Shown: piece by piece, positions 25,933 to 38,204 of the stretch
How the letters are laid out: every line of letters starts with the position of its first letter
Numbering within the stretch: the first letter of the stretch is position 1
DNA from: Octopus vulgaris
Taxonomy: Eukaryota
Direction of reading: 5' to 3'
Assembly: GCA_951406725.2 (NCBI GenBank)
Contig: OX597816.1
Coordinates: 105,400,001-105,464,000, forward strand
Length of the DNA: 64,000 nucleotides
Translations under genes and position numbers: made by a program
The notes under the pieces: generated by a model
What the model saw: the letters and a program-made list of their open reading frames with translations, nothing else
What the model was told of the DNA's origin: nothing
Databases searched by the model: none

Positions 25933-26215
25933 TATAATATTGTGCATAGAATTATAAAATAAATTTTGTGGATGAACAAGTCTACATACTCTTTATTATC
26001 AATAATAATATATACTCCAGACAATTTTTACAGTCCAGCGAAGCATACACAGAATAACCCATTGGAAGAATTCACAGAATGACTAGCAACAAATAGTAGT
26101 TGCAGAAGTTAAATACCAATCGAAGTGGTTAGCTGTTAATTGGAACTTAACTGAAAGCCAGTGTGGTATCTGCCCAGATAACGTATCCCTTTAAACTCAT
26201 ATTCTTATATATATA

Positions 26216-26319
26216 GCAAATAAGAAAATGGAGGAACACAATAGTTGGTTCATCAACTTTAGGACAAATGTCCTAAAGTTGATGAATCAATTATTGTGCT
26301 CCTCCATTTTATTATTTGC
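26216..26319. repeat. Hairpin, ~51 bp arms and 2 nt loop
   Basis: gcaaataagaaaatggagg...ggaca aa tgtcc...cctccattttattatttgc. Confidence 0.9.
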
Positions 26320-26489
26320 AAAATAAATTAATGGTAAAATATCTCTTTACCTTCACCCATTTAATACACTAGGTAAGTTAATTGCAATGCAGTAAAAAAC
26401 ACTTGTGTATCATACCAACAGTATATTGGATAGATATTATCCCTTAGTGGGTTGGATCCACAACCCCAAACTTTCTTGGAGTTATATAT

Positions 26490-26520
<31 letters not shown>

Positions 26521-26966
26521 GATAGATAGATAAATAGATAGATAGATAGATAGATATCGTGTTGATAGCAAACTGTGAGAATGAGTGCTCAACACTGCAT
26601 TGGTAGTTAAATATTCTTCATTTGTGGGTTAACCAATCTACCATTGGTTTCATGTTAAGAGAGGTATATCTCTTAAGGATTTTCAGGTTTATTGCATTGG
26701 ATGTTGATGTTTATCACCATCTTGGATAAAAACATAAAATCATGATAAAAAACACAATATATAATATATACAATATCACTTGACAACTGGTGTTGGTGTG
26801 TTTGCATCCCCATAACCTATATATATTTCAGAGATGTACTTGCATAGCAAACGACCGGATCTGAGATCGTGTGCTGGAATGAAAACAATTGCAGTGTGAA
26901 AGGTGTTTATAAGCCATTTAAGAAACACACAAAAAACGTTAGATTCACTTCAACATTTAAATTTAA

Positions 26967-27017
26967 TTTGCCAAAATATTTTCAATGCTTTGAGACCATG
27001 ACCTGTTCACTGACAAA
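26967..27017 (-). ncRNA. Hammerhead-like motif with G3-C8 core variant at the end of a repeat (26830-27020)
   Basis: Minus strand: tttgtca-GTGAACA-[imperfect stem II]-GAAA-atat-TT-tggcaaa; 7 bp stem I. Confidence 0.5.
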
Positions 27018-27341
27018 ATAGTGAGGGAGAGAGAGAGAGATACATACATACATGCATATATATTACATACACATGCATATGAGTATACATACCTGCACAT
27101 ACACTCACACAAAAACTATCTTCCCTCTTCCCTGTTAGCCTTCCTTTGATATTGCTGCACCTCTTATGTATCCATAGCTTACATTGGGTACATTTTATGG
27201 AGTTTCTACCTACACCTTTTCTACAGATAGAGCAGGGCCATCTACCTGAAGGGATTTGTGGTTTGTTTGCCTTCCTACTTATTAAGACTTTTACATATAT
27301 TTATTAATTTATCTAATTAATTATTTTATTATTGTTATCTT

Positions 27342-27444
27342 TAACCTGAAGAGTGGTTATATTATATTGAAGTGATTTTACTACTACTACTATTATTTTT
27401 ACTATTATCATTTCTTAAATATAGCTACGAAACACGTGTTGTTA
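27342..27444 (+). ncRNA. Minimal type I hammerhead ribozyme, canonical core
   Basis: taac-CTGAAGA-gtggttatatt..aatatagctac-GAAA-cacgtg-TT-gtta; 11 bp stem II, palindromic stem III. Confidence 0.72.
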
Positions 27445-27581
27445 CTCTACCAAAAATATACGTTTTATTTATTATTTTGCACATTATTTAATCATCGTTA
27501 TATGTTTTATCTTATATTTAATCTTTCTATAATATGCAATTTAATTTTTCATATTGAATTGATAAAAGGTGTTTTTTTCTA

Positions 27582-27638
<57 letters not shown>

Positions 27639-27679
27639 ATATATATGTGTGTGTGTGCATATGTATATATCTAAGCATG

Positions 27680-27900
27680 TGTGTCTTTGTGTTTGTGTTT
27701 GTCCCCCATCACAACTTCACAACTGATATAATTGTCCCTGTAACTTAGTGGTTCAGCAAAAGAGGCTGATAGAATAAACACTAGGCGTTAAAACAGTCAG
27801 TCCTGAGGCCAACTTGTTTTACTAAAACCCTTCAAAGTAGTGTTCCAGCATGGCCACAGTCAAACAACTGAAACAAGTAAAAGAATAAAAGAACAAAAGA
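27680..27900 (+). mobile_element. 3' half of the dominant SINE
   Basis: Homology to 8190-8378. Confidence 0.75.
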
Positions 27901-29039
27901 ATATACATACACATGGACCTCACCCCCACACACACACATACATACATTTACACATACATATATTCCTAAAAGATTGCGAGGAATAATTGCAACATGATTT
28001 TTATAATATAATGGTAATCATTCTCTACAAGAAATATAATTTTGAAAACTATAAGATTCTTGGAAGTTTACAGGGAACCATAAAATACATAATTTATTTC
28101 TATGGAAATTGTATTTTTCTGAAGCCTTTAATTCATAAAGTAGTAAAAATTCACATTGATGATACTGAATATACAGGAGAACATTATTGAAAATTACACT
28201 CTTTATTTTACCCTTGTCACCTTAAAAGTCATGTATTGTTTTTATATAATACAAGAAATGAAAGAACTCTTCAAAAAAGTGTTACTGAATTGTGCATAAG
28301 AAATTATTGGTTCACTTTCCTTTGCCTTCCCATTGTTATTAAATATGTAAAATTATTGAAATTAAGTTTTAAAAATAATGTACACATGTTTAAAATAAAT
28401 TTAGCTATGGAATGATATAAAAGACATAATCTGCCTATGCTATTAAACTTCTGCTGTATGACTAAGTTGGTAATACTAACAAATCTTAATATACTATACT
28501 ACATCTTTGTTTTCTGTGGGGGATGAGGTGAACTAGAAATATAGGGTCAGTGACATCAATGGCTGAAGCCCCCTACTGGAAGGCCAGCAGTGAGGGAGGT
28601 CACATGAGTGGAAGTAGCACTAGCATGGGCTTCTTTGCTTCGGGACGGCCATGGTGTATGGATATGTGTGGACGTATGATCTGAAGGGAATTTGACATTA
28701 GGTTCTGGCCAGAGATTAGACAGGTAGCCTTTGGATGTAACCCAGCTGGAAAGCCAATGCTGCAAGAGAACCTGAGAGGTAGGGGAATCGTACTTCATTC
28801 TTCATACTACATTTTTGTATCAGAGAAACATGGATGAACATGGAGTGCCAATCAGATTCCTCAATACTACAATGTAACACATCACAAACCTGAAAATTAA
28901 AAGACTAAAAAATCTGAATACTGAAAGCTCTAAATAATGAAGAATCATGATACTGAAAATATGAAATAATAAAAACCATATTACAGTATACCAAACTCAA
29001 ATGATCAAACAGTTCATGGATAAAATTAGTTACATGCCA

Positions 29040-30470
29040 ACCCCTAACACCCAACAAGAGAAATCACCACCAGAAAGTGTTGTGGTTCACACAACCCTTC
29101 TCTTTAAGTGTTAAAAACTCGAGTTGGTAAAATTTTTCTTAACTTAGTGGATAAGCACTTCCACCATACAAATAGGTTCAGCAAAGTATTCAATAGGCAT
29201 ACCCTGAGAATTTCCCTTGACTGTGCAACCAGTGTAAAACAGATTTTAGTAGGTAGACCCATACCTGAGATAGATGCAGGATGCTCATGCAGAGGTAACA
29301 TAACATGTCCACTGAACAGCCACTGTAACATGGAGACCATCATATATGTGGCAGAGGTAACAGCCATAGGACCAAATAGGCAACCAAATGTGCAAAAGTA
29401 TGTGGGAGCAACTGAAGGCCCCCTCAGAACCTACTATAATGACCACAAGTCCTCCTTCAACATCCTAGAGCAACATAATGCCACAACCCTGGCCAAGTAC
29501 ATTTTGTCTTTGGAAGAAAGTACCACTGTGTACAACATAAAGTGGAAGATTCTAGAGAAATGTAAACCATATTTCAATAGCAGCAAGAAGTGCAGGTTGT
29601 GATTTCAAAGAGCACTCAGCATCCTGAATAGCAGAAGTGAAATTTTTAATCCTTACCCATATGAAAGGAAGTACATCCTATCATATCTGCATGTCTCATC
29701 ATGATTATAATCATCAGTCCTCCAACTTCGGTCCTCCACCAATACCCTGATGTCCAGCAAAGAGTTTGACTAGAGTATACACTAATGCACCCACAGACAG
29801 ACATGCACGCCCCAACACAGCGGACACCTACCCAACAGACTGTTTTCCAACACCTTCAATATAAACTCGAACACATTGTATCCCTACACACACTGCATGC
29901 ACGCATAAAGGCTCCACAAACTTAACCAGTACATAAAAAATAGAAAACACACCAACGAACAGAGATGTATATGGCCACACACCTCCTACAAAGGTTATAC
30001 ATATAGTACCACTACACAAATTCCATTTTCACAAGAATACTTAAGGACACAGACATTATCCCACAAGGAACTTAAGGACACAGACATTTCCCACAAATAC
30101 TTCAAGAAAACTCTTACCAACTCACAGCATAGCCACCGCAATGGTGATGCTTAGGTATCAGGGGACATAACTCTTAATTAAATCTGCTACTCATTTCATT
30201 TCATCATCTTTTTCACAGCAATCACAAACTGGATGTGTCTATTCACCTCCAACAATAGAGAGCTATCTCCATATTAGCTACCTCTGATGAGCATAGGGCT
30301 GTATAATCAGATTTTTACCTAACACTCTGTTGAATCCCTAACATGAAACCGATTGGCAAGATCAGCTGTAATGGATATACATATAATACTGTACACTTCG
30401 GATAATATACCCACTCTATCAACAGATATACAAATGCATTTTGCACTGACTTATGAACTTTTAGACAGCT
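29040..30470 (+). mobile_element. Penelope-like element 3' remnant: GIY-YIG endonuclease pseudogene plus degenerate hammerhead (30276-30368)
   Basis: CPLNSHC..IIY...YVGATE..R...HKSSF...TTLAKYI...IKWKILEK.KPY...KKC; CTGATGA...GAAAC downstream. Confidence 0.85.
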
Positions 30471-30539
30471 TACGCACTTACACACACACTCATATATATA
30501 TGTATATATATATATATATATATGTATTTTTTTTTTTCA

Positions 30540-31633
30540 GGTGAAGCCATGGCATTATGGACAATAAAGCATTGTGTGTTTGCCTATGACAGTTACATGA
30601 AGAATAACAAGTCTGTCACAGCAGTTCAGCATGAGCTTCAGCACCACTTCAACACTCACTGAAATCAGGCTGTTCCTACCCATAACACAATCTTACGTAG
30701 GGTGAATGCATTTTGTACACAAGATATACTAATGAATAGGAGACAGGTAGGGGCACCATAAATGGTACAGACCCCAGAAAACATGGAATGCATTAGATAA
30801 GTTTTGATATGGAGTCCAGATCACTCTGTTTGGAGGCATTTCACTGAACTTGGCATCAGTAATTGATTGGTAAGGCATATTTTGTATGAAGACTTGCATT
30901 TACACCCATACAACTTGGTCACTGGTCACTGGACAACAGTTGAAACCATGGTACTATGCACAGCAGCTTAACTTCGCACATCAGATGAAAGCAATTTTTT
31001 AGGTAAATGATAACCTCATTTTGTTAATGAGTGATGAAGCTCATTCTCATCTCAGTGGCATAGTGAATCAACAGCACTGTTGTAATTGGGCTCTTGAAAA
31101 TTCAAGAGAGCTGCACAGCCCAAAAGTAATGGTCTGGTGTGCTGTTGGAAAAGCTCCATCACTGGTCCATACTTTTTTGAAGACAATAATGGAAATGCTG
31201 TTACTGTGAACTCCAAGTGTTACATCGAGATGATAAACAACTTCTTTGTGCCTAAATTATAATGAAAATATATGCCTATTTGACGTGTGTGTCTCCAGAT
31301 TTGTCCATGTGTGATTATTTCTTGTGGGAAACTTCAAGACATGAGTGTATGTGCATAAGCCCCATACACTGGACGATTTGAAGGAAGCTATTCACATGGA
31401 AATCACCCAAATTGACTGGGCAATGCTGGAGAGAATGAAGGCTAACTTCCAAGATTGTCTTCAGAAATGCATCAATCAAAACTGACATCACATGATGGAT
31501 GATGTTTTCTACACTTAATTTTGACAAATGTTAATTCAATATAAAGACATTGATGTCAATAAAATTTGTTTGCAGCTAATTAATGATTTTGTGAAATTTT
31601 CAAAAATATCCATTCTCTGTGTCCCACCGTGTA
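30540..31633 (+). mobile_element. Tc1/mariner-superfamily transposon, decayed transposase
   Basis: N-terminal HTH (SVTAVQ...P..NTILR), LMSDEAHSHLSG, VMVWCAV, SPDL..CDYFLWG; right end gtcccaccgtgTA. Confidence 0.85.
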
Positions 31634-31745
31634 TATATTTGTGTGTGTGTGTGTATGTGTCTGTGTGTGTGCATGTGTGTGTGCGTGTGTGTATAGATAG
31701 ATAGATAGACAGACAAACAGACAGAGAGATAGCTAGATAGATAGG

Positions 31746-32620
31746 TAGGAAAAATAGAAGTTGAAAATGCACTGAAAATTGTTAAAATATATTTTATAAA
31801 TATATTTAAAGCTTTAACCGATTTCACAGTTTACACTGATTTACAAAAAGTTCAAATAGATTGACATGGCATGTGTTGCAGCTGTCTTGCTTCTGACTAG
31901 TGTTTGAAGCTAGCCCTATTTTTATAGGGAGTTCATGGCTCAAATTAGTATATCTTTTGAATAGGATTTGATTGGTAGAGGATAGTCACATGACTGGCCT
32001 TAGAAATTTTTGTAGGTTTTTTTTGACCTCGATGGCAATATTTACAAACAAATATCTGGGACTGCGATGAGGACAAAAGCTGCTCCAACTTATGCCAATC
32101 TTGAACTTCTACAAATATGTACTAGAAAACTGGAGACATTACTTATATGACTGCCTAAAAGTTATAAACTGAATCATGTGTTCATACCCTACAAACACTT
32201 GACAGAAAACATTAAAAACATTGATTGTTTTGATGTTTAGTCAACTGTATCAGCTTTAACTTACGACACCAAACATTGTCACTTGATACTAACACACAGA
32301 TGTAGTGGGGAACCTATAAAAGTTTCTAAGGCCAGTCATGCGACTATCCTCTACCAATCAAATCCTATTCAAAACATATACTAATTTGAGCCACGAACTC
32401 CCTATAAAAATAGGGTTAGCTTCAAACACTAGTCAGAAGCAAGACGGCTGCAACATAAGCCACACCTTTCTATTTGAACATTTTGAAAATCAGTGTAAAC
32501 TATGAAACCGGTTAAAGCTTTAAATATATTAATAAAAAATATTTTAAGTATTCTCAGTGCATTTTCAACTTCTATTTTTCCTATATTTCTACGTGTCTGG
32601 AATAAAATAACTTTGTTTTA
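31746..32620 (+). mobile_element. Truncated Penelope-like element: inverted pseudo-LTRs (~272 bp) flanking an RT fragment
   Basis: Arms 31746-32018 and 32311-32583; 32022-32102 encodes FDLDGNIYKQISGTAMRTKAAPTYANL (PLE RT QxxGxAMG motif). Confidence 0.85.
32479..32517 (+). ncRNA. Hammerhead-like motif with U3-A8 core variant in the pseudo-LTR (mirror copy ~31812-31850, minus strand)
   Basis: Two-arm consensus cttt-TTGAAAA-tcagtgtaaactgt-GAAA-ccgg-TT-aaag. Confidence 0.55.
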
Positions 32621-32622
32621 TA

Positions 32623-32655
<33 letters not shown>

Positions 32656-34779
32656 TTGTTATTTATGGAGTATTTTATTGGAAACTTATGTTGTAATTTT
32701 TGTGGTACATAAGCACAAAAGTTTCAATTTTTAGGAATAAATAGAGCAAGTCCACTAGGCTAATCTTTATATGTTCTTAAATTCAATCTTTTGATTTTTG
32801 GTTATTATATTCAGTATGTTGGACTGAAAGAGTGAATATATTAGAAAATGAGAGAAATTTGAAAAATGCAATGATTTGATAATTAAACTATTTTCATTTT
32901 CAATTATATCATTTGTACACTATGCCTGCAATACACTAATTTCTTTTTACAAATAAATTACATATTAATATCTTTTTCAAATAAGTTCCCTTTTAAAAAT
33001 GTAAACAAGTCTTTTAAGATCGTTTTTTTATATTATTCTTCCTCAAAATATTTCAAAATTCAGAGCTCTGACCTGCAGTGAGCTTCATGTTGCTCTTAGA
33101 AATGAGTTTGAAATAGTAGTGACAAACTCTTGCGTGCTCACATACATGTACACATGCACATGCACACACATGCACACATGCACATACATACACATACACA
33201 AATTCATAACAACATGGATACACTCTTGCTTCAAATATATTAACAAATGTTCATCATTGTATGGTAGAGGAACAAAATGAACATTTATGACATTAGAGTC
33301 GTACATGACATAAACTGCTAGACAAATCATCTGTTATTAAGATTCACATATGCAAAAGGTTTGACAGCAACCTGCCAAACCTGTTAAGCTAGGTACAGCA
33401 AATCATTTCCAAATCTTCTTAAATTTTGACTGTCATTATAGCAAGAAATTATCAAACCATCATTTCCAAAGAGTTAAAATTTTTTTAAGTGTGTCAAAAT
33501 TGTAAAAGCTTACTAACTTGCAAACTTCAGCTCTGTCATTGGTGCCAATCAAGATACCAAGAATAGGTTGCTTTCCTTCTTTATCCAGTGAAAATCACCA
33601 AAGAGAAACAGACATTTTAACAAGCAGTGGGACTCTGACATCAATTTATCTTTTATTTTTAATTTAGTTTATTTAACATTTATAGTGGGAATGTTCAGTG
33701 CAACAACATTCATCTTTGTGTACAGAAGGAATAAATTGTTGTTTATCAAAATCTCAACAAATTCCAGTGTGCTTTTCTATACACATTTTTTTTTTGTATC
33801 TTTATTAATACATAACATATTTTGCTACTGCTAACCTTCCATAATAGCTTCTGTTAGTCTCTCATTCACACATATACACAGTTGAATATATGCTCAGATA
33901 CATAAGAAAATCTTGACTTCTATCTGTTAAATGTAATTCTACAGGCCATCAATTACAACTACAGCCCCAAACTGTTAAAGGACATTTGCATTGGTTAAAT
34001 CTACTTTGTATAAATTTGTACTAAAAGGTAAACCAATCTTACAGAAAGTCAGCTTGATTCTTTTTTTCATTGGTTATAATTGGTCATTCAGCAACCACTT
34101 AGTAGTGACTTCTTTCCTGGATCTTCTCTTGCAGTATTTAAGGAAGCTATTCTTAAAAGTTTACCTCAGACTTAACTGATGCCAACTGGCAGCTGGTCTC
34201 TCAGCCTGGCACATGTTAACATTTACATACACTTTTCTTCTCTTTCACTCTGTTTCTCACTCTGTTATAACTATTCCAGTAAGTACAGCAAAAGACATAC
34301 ATTTCTGAGGAGACTAGAATAAGACTAGAACATGTTTGAATTTGACTCTCATATTATTAAAAAATATGAGACTAATATTGTTTTTTTTTCCTTACTGTAT
34401 CATAAATTTTAGTTAACATTTCACAGCTTCCATGAATTAAGTTCAACTTTTCTCAACCACAGCTACAGAATGCACTGAACAATAAGAATAACATCAATAA
34501 CTTCAACAATGGAATCACAATCACCATCATCACCATCAACAATAGAAATGGACAAAGTGAATTAACATGCTTTTGTTCGATCTGCTAGAAATAACAGCCA
34601 AAATTTTCATCAAATCACACCCTACTGTCATAAAAACAGTTGCTTTTGATACATTTCTACATATATGCTATTGCTCACCATCAAATCGCTCCAAATATAG
34701 GATGGTCATAGATGAAACAGAACCATTTCATCACATCACCCTTAGCAATAAAATCACCACCTTCCCTTCCACTGCCACC

Positions 34780-34811
<32 letters not shown>

Positions 34812-35145
34812 ATCTACCAGATGTCACTAATAACAACAGGATGAAGGAGCCTCTCTGTGATCAAAAAGCCTGTAAGAAATAGCAACCAAATCTCCTTCAG
34901 ATCAAAACACACTGCATTAAAACAAGGAAGAACACATTGGATAACATGGTCCAAAATACCTCTTAAAAAGGCAGGATATTCATGGATTAATGTCTTTGCT
35001 CAATCAGGGTTCGCTTGGGGTCTAATTCAAATCAAAAAGAACAATGACAGAACAACCATTATCATAACTACCACCACCACCACCTACTACTACCACCGCC
35101 ACCATCATCATCATAATCATCAAGAATAAGAAAAACAACAGAATA

Positions 35146-35170
35146 TCTGCTACTGCTGCTGCTGCTGCTG

Positions 35171-35227
<57 letters not shown>

Positions 35228-35228
35228 T
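35146..35228. repeat. (TGC)n(TAC)n microsatellite
   Basis: Seen directly. Confidence 0.95.
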
Positions 35229-35616
35229 ATCTCCTACTACTACATCACCTACTAGTATTGTTGTTGATGTTCTCATTAGTGCCACTTTTACTCATAAATT
35301 ATTTCTCTGTCCTGTTTTTATGTAATGTTTATTTAATTGTTTTTGTCCATTGTGTATGTTTACTTTTTTTTCTCTTTATTCATTAATAATTTCTTTCTTC
35401 ATTATATCACTTATTTTCTCGTTTTAATTATTTTTCTATCAAAACTAACCTCCAGTTACCTGTTACAATTAACTTATATTCACATTACATTAATACTAAA
35501 CTAATTAATTAATAAAAAAAAAACAACAAAAAAACAAGTAAAAATCCACACCACCTTCTCATTCATCCACCCTTCGAAAACTATACATTACAGGATTAAA
35601 AGAATGTCTAGGTTAG

Positions 35617-35719
35617 CTGCTGCTGCTGCTTCTTCTTCTTCTTCTTCTTCTTCTTCTTCTTCTTCTTCTTCTTCTTCTTCTTCTTCTTCTTCTTCTTCTT
35701 CTTCTTCTTCTTCTTCTTC
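35617..35719. repeat. (CTG)n(CTT)n microsatellite
   Basis: Seen directly. Confidence 0.95.
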
Positions 35720-37384
35720 AAAGAGTTGCATCTTACGTGACATGGCGGTTCATATATTTATATAAGTTAATTAAAATGCCATATCTCTTTTGTGTAGTAT
35801 AAAGAAAGGATCACACATCTACAATGAAAGCTTCTAAAAGAGCAAAAGATTATTATTATTTGCTTTTTGTTTTTGTTTTTGCTATTTGTTTGTTTCAGTT
35901 TTTTTTTTTTGTTCCACTTTTCATTAATGCTGAATGTTGGCAATGGCTGACGCTGCTCATTTTGCTTGATTCTGATATTTAAACAAACAAAAACTGACAA
36001 TTTTGTTTTACACTAAACAATGGTTAGAGAAACGAACCAACAGAAATCTCTATAAAGTCACACAGTCTGCTAGAAAAAGCAGTCAAATATCCCCCAAATC
36101 AGACCTTACCATATAAAATGGAAGGAAACAGTGGATAATGTATTCTGATATATACAAAGATGGGATGAACATGGCTCTAATGCTTTTGATTACACCTGTA
36201 CTTGGCTGGGATTGACCTGGGGCAAAAACCACAGCACAGCAGCAGCAGCAGCCGTTCAAGGATTTGGACCTGGAGATCTCCATTTCCAGCGACTTTGAGG
36301 GCCACCTCCCAGTGATGTCAGGTGTTGAAGAGCCCTCAACTACAACAAGACGACCAAAGTTTTTTTTTTATTCCAATGTCTGGGGTTGCCCGCCCCTAAG
36401 CCCTAGACCATCACCTAATCACCCTTACCCATCTTGTTGCTTAACAACAACAACAACAACAGCAGCAGCAGCAACAACAACTGCAGCAGCAACAGCAACA
36501 ACAACAACAACAGTGCCAGTGACTCTTTACAGAGCATCTGAAGGAAGTGTGAAAGAAGAAGGAAAGTGTCTTCAACCTGGAGACCTAACCTGAATGCTTT
36601 CAACAGATTGGACTCTATTAAAGATACTCAAGGTGCCAGTTATTGATGTTAACCCTATTGTTACCATATTTCTATTGTAATAGATAGCTTTTGTTGCAAT
36701 TGATTTTAAAAATAATGATGAATTTAGTAAAATAAATTTGTTATGAAGTTGGTGCTGAGTACATGAATTAACAAATTTTTATGGTTGGTTTTGATTTAGA
36801 TCATCATTTAGATTTACTATTAATGAATCTAAAGTATAGTAGATCAAACCTTTGTATTACAGAAAGCAAGACAACAAACCAAGTGAGTTGATAGTTTGTG
36901 TTATTTCTGGTATTACAATATTTCTATAGCCAAAATACTTAAATTACAGCAGTCCAGTCCACTTGCCTGTAAATTGTTGGTACAAGTACACTACTGCTGT
37001 AATCTAGATCTTAAAAGTATTTAGCTCAAAGTATGAATTTAGTTACTCTTGTAGGTATAGCAACCTACATTGGGTCAATGTTCAATTCAGGGAAAAATTT
37101 ATCTCTCGTCTACTCATCACAAAAGAAACTAAAGTGAAGGCTCAACCATATGTATTTGTAGGATTCAGAAAAGGCAAGCTGTTGTTATTTCATGAGTTTT
37201 GTGGAATTGCAGAAAACAAAATAGTAGCACTTGATTATATAGATTTGTTTTCATCACATCACAGGTACTCTCAGATAGCCAAGTAAGCATTGTGTAGACC
37301 AGGAATCCCCAATCACTGGACTACAGAATAGCAGATCATTTGGTACTGAGCTGCATAGAAAGATTAAAGAAGTATTGACCTCTA

Positions 37385-37790
37385 ACTGTAAAGGGAACCT
37401 GTAGAAAGGGTAGACCCAGGAAGATGTGGGACAATGTGGTGAGAAAAGATCTTCAGAGATCGGGCCTCATTGCGGAAATGATAAGAGACTGGGAGTTGTG
37501 GGGATTTGCAATACTTGAGAAGATGCATCAATCTAGGTAAATTACTGTCATCCATACATACAAGCATGTACTTTGCAGGTGCTGGTGTTATGTAAGATAC
37601 ACTTGTACTGGTGTTTCATAAAAGCATCCATCCCAGTGGGACATAAAAAGCATCCAGCATACTCTATAAAGTGGTTGGTATATAGAAACCATGCCAAAAC
37701 AGACAATTGGTGTCTGGACAGCTCCTCCTGCTCAGCTCCTGTCAAACCATTCAACCATTGTCAGCATGGAAAACGGACGTTAAATGATGA
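37385..37790 (+). mobile_element. RTE LINE 3' end, degenerate
   Basis: GTCRKGRPRKMWD then the conserved tail. Confidence 0.75.
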
Positions 37791-37802
37791 TTAATATACT
37801 CT

Positions 37803-38204
37803 TACTCTTTTACTTGTTTCAGTCATTTGACTGTGGCCATGCTGGAGCACCGCCTTTAGTCGAGCAAATCAACCCCGGGACTTATTCTTTGTAAGCCCAG
37901 TACTTATTCTATCGGTCTCTTTTGCCGAACCCAAAGTGACAGGGATGTAAACACACCAGCATCGGTTGTCAAGCAATGCTAGAGGGACAAACACAGACGC
38001 ACAAACATATATACACACATACATAAATATATATATACATATATACGACAGGCTTCTTTCAGTTTCCATCTACCAAATCCACTCACAAGGCATTGGTCGG
38101 CCCGAGGCTATAGTAGAAGACACTTGCCCAAGATGCCACGCAGTGGGACTGAACCTGGAACCATGTGGTTGGTTAGCAAGCTACTTACCACACAGCCACT
38201 CCTG
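37803..38204 (-). mobile_element. tRNA-derived SINE, full length
   Basis: Homology to 7994-8378. Confidence 0.9.

Noticed and set aside
28556-28798. GC-richer 80 aa ORF next to the Penelope remnant
   Set aside because: No recognisable motif or splice context; probably a repeat fragment
36264-36593. 109 aa ORF with poly-Thr/Ala
   Set aside because: Driven by a (CAA/CAG)n tract within repeat-derived sequence
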